Source of the DNA: Eukaryota sp. GEM-RC1
Lineage: Eukaryota
NCBI GenBank assembly: GCA_040285855.1
Contig: JAUFOQ010000006.1
Coordinates: 1,550,001 to 1,614,000 of the forward strand
Direction of reading: 5' to 3'
Length of the DNA: 64,000 bases
The position numbers and the translations under genes were made by a program. A model generated the notes under the pieces. That model searched no databases and was not told the origin of the DNA. It saw only the letters and a list, made by a program, of their open reading frames with translations. Below are positions 55,775 to 64,000 of this stretch, piece by piece (the first letter of the stretch is position 1; every line of letters begins with the position of its first letter).

Positions 55775-56750
55775 TCAGAAAATGAAAGAAGTTAAATTCT
55801 CCACATCAACACGAGAATTGTCCCTATACATTTTCGAATAAATGGAACAGAAATACGTGGGAATGCTTCTATAAAGAGCAAACATAATTCGATTAATCCA
55901 TACAGCGCTATTAAACACCGTGCCATTAGAACGACATAAAAAACTAAAATCACTGAAAAACTTTAAACCGGCTGGACCAATATTACCAAAAATTGAAATA
56001 GCAAATGGAACAGATGAAAACTTAGAATATAGATTTTCATTAAGCTTCTGCAAAGCATCTGCATAATGTGAACACTTTCGCTGTTCAGCCTTTTCCAGAT
56101 GACCATTCGAATCATTCAACATGGAGTCTTGGTAGACTTTTGCAAACGGGTCAACTGTAGTAAAATCAACCACAAGTCGCATCGACGATTAAACATTTCA
56201 AATGTAACATCTCTGACAGCATTTTGCAGAACAGAACGAAATTGAATAAATTTGGGGTAATTAATTACATGTCTAAAAGTTGCAATGCGACGATGACTAC
56301 AGACACATTCAGAATTGCCCAGCAATTCAGCAGGAAACAAATCTAAACGTAATCGCATGATAAATTTCGAAGCCTCATCGAACAAATACAAACCAAAAGG
56401 ACGTGGGTGTTGAGTGATCAAACAAGTTGAATCCTTAATAGCATTTAAGAAAGCAGCAAAACGGGATTATCAATTTTAGTAACACTAAATCGATTTTCGA
56501 AATCCAGGTTTTCAAATGCCTTCAAAAGCTGATTGTGAAGTTTAACCACACACAAAGGGAGAGACAATGGAGATTCTTCAGGAATACTTGGTAAATGAGA
56601 AAGAAAACAGCTGTTCCAAATATCTAAATCGAAATTGTCCATAACGGAGACTAACAAACTTAGCCAAAAAGTAGAGGAGAATGAATGAGATTTTCATTAA
56701 ACAAAAAACCGTATCTGGATATAAATTCAAATAGAAAATTCTTCATTCAA
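55775..56750 (-). mobile_element. CRE-like fragment (post-RT region to endonuclease)
   Basis: MRLRL, CVCSH, NAVRD, DFTTVDP, AEQRK, PFAISIFG, WINRI. Confidence 0.85.
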
Positions 56751-57390
56751 ACCTTTCAATAATGTTTCAATTTAGATGACCATCACTTAACTTTCTTGCA
56801 ATACCGTGACTTACAGCACTCCATGTTATTCCAAGTGGGTTGAATATACACACTGAACATATTGTTAACCTGAATTCTGTTAAAAATACTATAATGAGAA
56901 CCATGAAAATGTATTGATATCTCTTTTATTAATTTTGATGGAAATTTTTACTTGTAATTTTAAACAAAAGGCGTTTTTGAAAAAGTTTCATTGGATTCAG
57001 GATATAAGTCTAGCTGAGACAAAATACTACTGTCGCAGTAGGTCCATTGTACTAAGTTTCAAAGACAATAAAAATCACTAAAATTTCTCACTTTTCTCAT
57101 TAGTTTGGGCACCAGATTTACAATAATTTTAACTTTTTAATAAACTGAATGGTACCCAATTTGTCACAAATCGACAAGTTGAATTTGCCAAACACAACTG
57201 AATCACATTTAAAGCCGACAAAAATAATAACAATTAAAAACTAAACTACGATATACGATATTCTCATATTTTTTAAAAATATATACTTCTTTAATCGAAA
57301 GAAACCAGTCACTTCTTTCCAAAAGAAAGAGAAAAATTTTAAATAAATGAATTCAAACTAATCCAAATCGTTCCAAAATCCAATAAAAGT

Positions 57391-58533
57391 CTAAAGCAAA
57401 TCCTCTAGATCAATAACATCAGATTTCTGATTCATTCTATTCAACTCAACCTCCCCATTAACAATCTCTGCAGAAATGCCCATTTGTCTCAACTCAGGAG
57501 AGTTCTGCACTTCAATTGGAGAGAGACCTTCAAGATATCTCTGCACCTTTTCATTAGCAGAGATGAACCTCAACAACAACACCACCCATTCTCTAGTAAA
57601 CGGACTCTTTTCCTCAATGTTCATGAAGGTTAGTAAGGAGGGAAGCCAAGAGTTGTTGAGTAAAAAGTCGTTGATTAGGTCGTGATTAGAGGCGATGACG
57701 TTTACAGTCAGGCAGACAAGAAGAGATCGATATGAGCGGAGGAAAGAGAGAGAATCATCAGAAACAACAGGAATTCCAATGACTTCAGAGTAATTTTGAG
57801 CGGGTTTATGACCATGTGAAGTGAGACTTTTGGAAGCACTAGTGACTGTCATCAAGCAGATACACTGGATTAACACCTTTAAAACGTCATCTGATAACGT
57901 GGTGATTGCGGTTGAACAGTAAGATGGGGAAAGTTTAACAGAACGGGAGAGAAATGACAACATACCAAAGAGAGAACGTACATGAGAAATAGACAGTTCT
58001 GTTAGAGAGATGATGTGGTTGGTTAGGGAGCAAAACTGGGTGGTGATGAATGAGAACAACTCTAAGGATGGTTCATTGAGAAGTTCGAAATCCAGCACGG
58101 AAAAGAGATTCTTGGTAAGTAGAACTTCAGTAAAATGAGAGGAGTTCATGGTAGATGAAAGGATTTGAGAATTGAATTCGGTATCAATGGAGTCAAGACA
58201 GTGAACGAGAGTGGAAAACAATGGATGTTTAGAAACCAACGAAGAACAAGAACAGGAAGTAAGAACATAGAAGCACGCTAACAAGGAGAAGAGGAGTTCT
58301 TGATCAGCTGTAGGTAGATGTTTATAAAGAGCAGAGACAATGTTGTCAGCGAGGGGTATGTCAGGAGTAAGAGCAGAGCATATATTGCACAGAGTTTGAA
58401 AGTACAGGTTCGATTGACAGGTGTCATTCAGAGGTGGACAATGGTTAAGGAATCCTCCCTCTATCATCTCTAGTGCCTTCTCAGGATCAGCTGCTTGATT
58501 TCTAACTGAAACAGTAAGATTGTGGATGTTCAT
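57391..58533 (-). CDS. ATXN10: Ataxin-10 family ARM-repeat protein
   Basis: C-terminal PFTREWVVLLLRFI..N..VQ.YL..L......PEL.QMG motif. Confidence 0.8.
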   Translation of the reverse strand: MNIHNLTVSVRNQAADPEKALEMIEGGFLNHCPPLNDTCQSNLYFQTLCNICSALTPDIPLADNIVSALYKHLPTADQELLFSLLACFYVLTSCSCSSLVSKHPLFSTLVHCLDSIDTEFNSQILSSTMNSSHFTEVLLTKNLFSVLDFELLNEPSLELFSFITTQFCSLTNHIISLTELSISHVRSLFGMLSFLSRSVKLSPSYCSTAITTLSDDVLKVLIQCICLMTVTSASKSLTSHGHKPAQNYSEVIGIPVVSDDSLSFLRSYRSLLVCLTVNVIASNHDLINDFLLNNSWLPSLLTFMNIEEKSPFTREWVVLLLRFISANEKVQRYLEGLSPIEVQNSPELRQMGISAEIVNGEVELNRMNQKSDVIDLEDLL

Positions 58534-58913
58534 TTGAAGAGAGAATTCTCAAATAATTGAAGAGAATACTTTGATGCTTGATGAAAATGATCAATCTCAT
58601 AAGATGGAGATACCGAACATATAGATGTGACTTTTATGCATACTTGGTCATCGAAATCGTAAAATAGACATCCAGTTACTAAGGCATAGAATGCATTTTT
58701 AGGTAAAGCGACACAAACATGATCTCCTATAATACATTTAACTGAACCCGTAGCATCACTAAGAAGGATCGATTTTGAATTGGAAGAGAAAAGAATAGTA
58801 CAACAACAACCCACCAAAGAAACTGAGCTGACAACTTGATTGCCGAACTTACGTCCACACTTTAGTAAGAACTCTAGAGATTGAACAGTAAGTGGTAATC
58901 GTTGAAGAGACAT
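58530..58913 (-). CDS. RPA2/STN1-like single OB-fold protein
   Basis: LPLTVQSL, V.LVG, LSDATGSVKC, YALVTG.L, EIDHF pattern. Confidence 0.6.
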   Translation of the reverse strand: MSLQRLPLTVQSLEFLLKCGRKFGNQVVSSVSLVGCCCTILFSSNSKSILLSDATGSVKCIIGDHVCVALPKNAFYALVTGCLFYDFDDQVCIKVTSICSVSPSYEIDHFHQASKYSLQLFENSLFK

Positions 58914-58944
58914 CTAGATTGAATTTCTCAATCTTTGTTTTCGG

Positions 58945-60273
58945 ATGGACTTCGAGGTCTTTTCTACTATCAAGGAATTTCATGCGGATCATGGAGCCTC
59001 TCTAGGTGATTTTCACCGATATCAGCAGTATTGTACCCGAAAACTACATCGTCTTAGAAAAAACCTTCATCACACAGCCCCTAGAACTAAGAGGCCCAAA
59101 CCGATCGATGCTGAATCTATTAAATCTCCTCGATTCTTTCTAATTCCTCTTCTTGAAGCTGAAAGGGCCTGGGCTCACTCAATGTACCTTAAACAACAAG
59201 CAGCCACCCAAAAGTCCAAAAAAATCATGTATCATGCTATCAAACGTCTTTCCAAAGCAGTCATACATGCTCAAAAACTCCACTCCTTAACCAAGGAAAC
59301 CGCTTCTGAAAAAACTCAGTCCGAGACTGAACAATACCTATCTCAACTAACCCACGCCCTCTCCTTCGAGAAGTCCACTGGGGTATCAGGGGACATTGAA
59401 CAGACTTTAGGATCCCTTTCCTTATCTCTCCCTGCTGTTCCTACTCTAATGCGGTCCATCTTAGCTCTCAATGATGCTCTGAATCGGCTTGATAACACAG
59501 TTCTTTCTGAGTTAGATGACGATGCTCTGTTGGAGACTTTTGAACCTTTGCTGATGAAACTCGGGGATGCTGAGCTGGCATTACGTCAGTCTCAGTCTGC
59601 AGCTTCCCAAGAATCTTGGCCATCGATGAAGAAAGCCCTGGATTATGTGGAAACTGAAGTGACACAGAGGACTATTCAACGTAATCTATTATTAGCATTG
59701 AGAAAGAAGGAGATGGTGAGTAAGTCAAAGGCAAAAGCTTCAGAAGTCGTTAGAATTCTTGAGACTCTAATCACGAATAGCGAGAATCTTCCCGAGGATT
59801 TTGCTATCCCAATAATGATGGCTTTCCGTTCTCTACGTGTCTTCTATGTTGCCACTAGCTTCCACCAGGCGTTACAAGTTAGTACGGCCTCTGCTCTCTA
59901 TGGGGAAAGCACCGAACAACTTCATCGTGCAACTCTAGTGTTAGATCAACTAACCTTTAGTAATAAGTTTTGTAATGGTTTACTAGAGTGGGTGAAGCTT
60001 TCTCTGGAGCAAAGTAAGGTTTACAAGTGTACTGTGGTTGCAGATGCTGTTTTGGATTCTACCAGTAGTTTGGTTCAGCAAAGTTATTTGAATTTTGAAA
60101 CTGGTGAACTTTCACTAGTCGATTATCCACCAAAACTGACTCCAGTTAATGTGAAGCCTGTATTTTTGGATTTGGCATTTAATTGCTTTGATTTCCCAGA
60201 TTTGAGTAATAGGATAGCGTCATTGGAAAAGTCTGAGAAACGTGGGTTATTTGGGTTTAGGAAAAAGAAATAA
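58945..60273 (+). CDS. SRP68: Signal recognition particle subunit SRP68
   Basis: HG..GDFHRYQQYCTRKLHRLRK, AERAWAHSM.LK, RLSKA, KPVFLDLAFN..FPDL. Confidence 0.92.
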   Translation: MDFEVFSTIKEFHADHGASLGDFHRYQQYCTRKLHRLRKNLHHTAPRTKRPKPIDAESIKSPRFFLIPLLEAERAWAHSMYLKQQAATQKSKKIMYHAIKRLSKAVIHAQKLHSLTKETASEKTQSETEQYLSQLTHALSFEKSTGVSGDIEQTLGSLSLSLPAVPTLMRSILALNDALNRLDNTVLSELDDDALLETFEPLLMKLGDAELALRQSQSAASQESWPSMKKALDYVETEVTQRTIQRNLLLALRKKEMVSKSKAKASEVVRILETLITNSENLPEDFAIPIMMAFRSLRVFYVATSFHQALQVSTASALYGESTEQLHRATLVLDQLTFSNKFCNGLLEWVKLSLEQSKVYKCTVVADAVLDSTSSLVQQSYLNFETGELSLVDYPPKLTPVNVKPVFLDLAFNCFDFPDLSNRIASLEKSEKRGLFGFRKKK

Positions 60274-60962
60274 ATCATTTGATAGTTGTTTTTTAATTGG
60301 AATTAATCACGTTGAGTGGTGCTCAGTAGATTATAACTCTGGTCCAAATGAGAAGAAATTTCAAAAATAATTTTTTGTATTGGAAGTCATCATGTAACTA
60401 AATGATATCTTGCGATTACTATTAGTACACTTTCAAAAAAAAATTATCCTCAAAATCTCAATTTTCTACAGACATGACAGGTCAAATTTTGTCTACTCAA
60501 TAAAAGTATTCCAAATCTATAGATTTGTACTAATTTTAAAGAAGTCTAATCACAATAGTAGCCGGTTGATCTTTAAGTAGATCTTTGATCGACTGTATCA
60601 CGTGAAACTACTTTGATGGTTCAAAATGTCAAAGTTGTTGATATGAGATACTAAATTTCAAATCCTTCATGATAAACAATCATTCTTGGTCAATTCGTTA
60701 GCACTTTTTGGTGACCATTACATCATAGTCCTTTTCAAAACACACAGTCTGAAAGCAACTGCATGCCAAATCATTGAAAACCACAAAATAGCAAAACATT
60801 CAGCAAACAAGAAGAGTTCTATTCAATACAACAGAATGTTCTAGAAAACAATAAATAAAAACAAATAAATAAATGCTAAACGGTGGAACTAATAGGTCAA
60901 ACGAGACTCTGTCACTAACACTTGCGGAGTACAAGTAGAGAATGTTGTGGCAACAATTGGAT

Positions 60963-61196
60963 TCACACTTGTAGTACTTCCAAGCGGATGGCATCAAGGA
61001 CACGACCTTTATAGGATGACTTCGAACGAACGTGGAACAGGTACTCAGAAAACCGGGCGTTGGTGATGGAATCGGTCCATGTTAACTGCTTGATGGCTAG
61101 GCAAAGTATACGTACTGTCAATAGATCAGGCCGGGAGTGGGTTCGGAAATAGTGCCACAAAGCATCGATTGCAAGCTCTAAAGGACTGCTATACAT
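60963..61196 (-). CDS. 77-aa protein of unknown function, array copy 1
   Basis: Intact in all four copies; differences between copies are mostly synonymous. Confidence 0.75.
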   Translation of the reverse strand: MYSSPLELAIDALWHYFRTHSRPDLLTVRILCLAIKQLTWTDSITNARFSEYLFHVRSKSSYKGRVLDAIRLEVLQV

Positions 61197-61836
61197 TGCT
61201 AAAATTGGATTAGGAAAAGACCAAAATCCTAGACCGAAATTTGTGTTTTATTGGTAATTCTGATGTGTTAACAAAGAAGTACCTTTGTTGATGTATGCTA
61301 ATGTACGTGATATACAAAGGAAAACTTGTATCAACCAAGAAGGTTGAGAGAAACACTTACTCCGATATGTGGTTTATAGTACAAAGGTTCATACTGTTTG
61401 TAGTTCTACGTCCGATCAATGAAAGGACAGATCTGCTATTGGGATGGACAAGCTCTGAATCGAAAGGACTGCTTTCATCCAAAGAATGTCAACATTTGAT
61501 TCTCGTCAATCGACGACAATTCGCTCTTGCTCTTACTGTTGTGCTTTTGTTCTGGTATATTTATTAAATTCGGACTTTGGTGACCATTAAATCATAGTCC
61601 TTTTCAGACACACAGTTTGGAAACCAACTATCGATACATGTTAAATCATTGAAAACCACAAAATAGCAAAACATTCAGCAAACATGAAGAGTTCTATTCA
61701 ATACAACGTAGTGTTATAGAAAACAATAAATTAAAATAAATACAGAAATGCTAAACGGTGGAACTAATAGGTCAAACGAGACTCTGTCACTAACACTTGC
61801 GGAGTACAAGTAGAGAATGTTGTGGCAACGATGGAT

Positions 61837-62070
61837 TCACACTTGTAGTACTTCCAAGCGGATGGCATCAAGAACACGACCTTTATAGGAGGACTTCGAA
61901 CGAACGTGGAACAGGTACTCAGAAAACCGGGCGTTGGTTATGGAATCGGTCCATGTTAACTGCTTGATGGCTAGGCAAAGTATACGTACTGTCAATAGAT
62001 CAGGCCGGGAGTGGGTTCGGAAATAGTGCCACAAAGCATCAATTGCAAGCTCTAAAGGACTGCGATACAT
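61837..62070 (-). CDS. 77-aa unknown protein, copy 2
   Basis: As copy 1; S3R. Confidence 0.75.
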   Translation of the reverse strand: MYRSPLELAIDALWHYFRTHSRPDLLTVRILCLAIKQLTWTDSITNARFSEYLFHVRSKSSYKGRVLDAIRLEVLQV

Positions 62071-62710
62071 GGCTAAAATTGGATTAGGAAAAGACCAAAA
62101 TCCTAGACCGATATTTGTGTTTTATTGGTAGTTCTGATGTGTTAACAAAGAAGTACCTTTGTTGATGTATGCCAATGTACGGGATATGCAAAGGACTAGT
62201 TGTATCAACCAAGAAGGTTGAGAGAAACACTTACTCCGCTATGTGGTTTATAGTACAAACGTTCATACTGTGATTAGTTCTACGTCCGATCAATGAAAGG
62301 ACAGATCTGCTATTGGAATGGACAAGCTCTGAATCGAAAGGACTGCTTTCATCCAAAGAATGTCAACATTTGATTCTCGTCAATTGACGACAATTCGCCC
62401 TTGCTCTTACTGTTGTGCTTTTGTTCTGGTGTGTTTATTAAATTCGGACTTTGATGACCATTAAATCATAGTCCTTTTCAGACACACAGTTTGGAAACCA
62501 ACTATCGATACATGTTAAATCATTGAAAGCCCCACAATAGCAAAGCATTCAGTGAATAAGAAGAGTTCTATTCAATACAACAGAATGTTATAGAAAACAA
62601 TAAATTATAATAAACAAAGAAATGCTAAACGGTGGAACTAATAGGTCAAACGAGACTCTGTCACTAACACTTGCGGAGTACAAGTAGAGAATGTTGTGGC
62701 AATGGTGGAT

Positions 62711-62944
62711 TCACACTTGTAGTACTTCCAAGCGGATGGCATCAAGGACACGACCTTTATAGGATGACTTCGAACGAACGTGGAACAGGTACTCAGAAAA
62801 CCTGGCGTTGGTTATGGAATCGGTCCATGTTAACTGCTTGATTGCTAGGCAAAGGATACGTACTGTTGTCAAATCTGGCCGGGAGTGGGTACGGAAATAC
62901 TGCCACAAAGCATCGATGGCTAACTCTAAAGGACTGCTATACAT
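62711..62944 (-). CDS. 77-aa unknown protein, copy 3
   Basis: As copy 1; H15Q, L26T and many silent changes. Confidence 0.75.
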   Translation of the reverse strand: MYSSPLELAIDALWQYFRTHSRPDLTTVRILCLAIKQLTWTDSITNARFSEYLFHVRSKSSYKGRVLDAIRLEVLQV

Positions 62945-63578
62945 GGCTAAAATTGGATTAGGAAAAGACCAAAATCCTAGACCGATATTTGTGTTTTATT
63001 GGTGGTTCTGATGTGTTAACAAAGAAGTACCTTTGTTGATGTATTCTGATGTACGTGATATGCAAAGGACTAGTTGTATCAACCAAGAAGGTTGAGAGAA
63101 ACACTTACTCCGATATGTGGTTTATAGTACAAAGATTCATACTGTGTGTAGGTCTACGTCCGATCAATGAAAGGACAGATCTGCTATTGGGATGGACAAG
63201 CTCTGAATCGAAAGGACTGCTTTCATCCAAAGAATGTCAACATTTGATTCTCGTCAATTGACGACAATTCGCTCTTGCTCTTACTGTTGTGCTTTTGTTC
63301 TTGTGTGTTTATTAAATTCGGACTTTGGTGACCATTAAAGCATAGTCCTTTTCAAGACACACAGTTTGAAACCAACCACATGTCAAATCATTGAAAGCCA
63401 CAAAATAGCAAAACATTCAGCAAACAAGAAGAGTTCTATTTACTACAACGTAGTGTTATAGAAAACAATAAATTAAAATAAATAAAGAAATGCTAAACGG
63501 TGGAACTAATGGGGCAAACGAGACTCTGTCACTAACACGTGCGGAGTACAAGTAGAGAATGCTGTGGCAACGATGGAT

Positions 63579-63812
63579 TCACACTTGTAGTACTTCCAAG
63601 CGGATGGCATCAAGAACACGACCTTTATAGGAGGACTTCGAACGAACGTGGAACAGGTACTCAGAAAACCGGGCGTTGGTTATGGAATCGGTCCATGTTA
63701 ACTGCTTGATGGCTAGGCAAAGTATACGTACTGTCAATAGATCAGGCCGGGAATGGGTTCGGAAATAGTGCCACAACGCATCGATAGCAAGCTCTAAAGG
63801 ACTGCGATACAT
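63579..63812 (-). CDS. 77-aa unknown protein, copy 4
   Basis: Protein identical to copy 2 despite silent changes. Confidence 0.75.
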   Translation of the reverse strand: MYRSPLELAIDALWHYFRTHSRPDLLTVRILCLAIKQLTWTDSITNARFSEYLFHVRSKSSYKGRVLDAIRLEVLQV

Positions 63813-64000
63813 GGCTAAAATTGGATTAGGAAAAGACCAAAATCCTAGACCGATATTTGTGTTTTATTGGTAATTCTGATGTGTTAACAAAGAAGTACCT
63901 TTGTTGATGTATGCTAATGTACGTGATATGCAAATGACTAGTTGTATCAACCAAGAAGGTTGAGAGAAACACTTACTCCGCTATGTGGTTTATAGTACAA

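Larger units (their letters stand above)
60704..64000. repeat. Head-to-tail tandem array of ~870-bp units (at least 3.8 copies, runs off the window)
   Basis: ORF starts at 61196, 62070, 62944 and 63812 (spacing 874/874/868). The unit boundary motif CTTTG(G/A)TGACCATTA recurs. Confidence 0.97.

Noticed and set aside
61295..61567. Plus-strand 90-aa ORF in the array
   Set aside because: Broken by stops in copy 2 and truncated in copy 3.
61261..61590. Plus-strand frame with several in-frame TGA codons, suggesting TGA reassignment or selenocysteine
   Set aside because: The same frame has TAA/TAG nearby, conserved genes use TGG for Trp, and silent-site evidence in the unit favours the minus strand.
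61700..61836. Stop-codon readthrough extension of the 77-aa ORF
   Set aside because: Downstream differences are mostly non-synonymous and copy 1 has an indel.
60704..64000. CRISPR array or rDNA/5S repeat
   Set aside because: Whole units repeat with no unique spacers, there are no cas genes, and I see no recognisable rRNA motifs.
1..64000. tRNA or rRNA genes
   Set aside because: None recognised by eye; tRNAscan-SE or Infernal would be needed to exclude them.

Overview
AT-rich eukaryotic (protist-like) nuclear DNA. Very compact, nearly intron-less gene islands alternate with transposon-derived tracts. Genes: a UvrD/Rep-type helicase fused to a RecB-like PD-(D/E)xK nuclease (two 32-36 nt GT-AG introns), TMEM115, a neurobeachin-like BEACH protein, two CAMKK-like kinases (one disrupted by a hAT insertion), a SNF1/MARK-type kinase, ARPC5, APC10, a TTLL9-like glutamylase, a head-to-head inverted pair of ~1800-aa TmcB-like membrane proteins, ataxin-10, an RPA2-like OB-fold protein and SRP68. 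Mobile DNA: two hAT elements with 8-bp TSDs, Tc1/mariner-type MITEs, and many CRE-like (RT + restriction-like endonuclease) non-LTR fragments, concentrated at 47.9-56.8 kb, including one self-nested insertion with a 13-bp TSD. The window ends inside a ~870-bp tandem array in which every unit carries an unrecognised 77-aa ORF under clear purifying selection; this is the best candidate for something undescribed. Most long genes are broken by single-base indels in homopolymer contexts that occur regardless of gene strand, most likely long-read consensus errors. All family calls come from motif recognition only; no searches were run.
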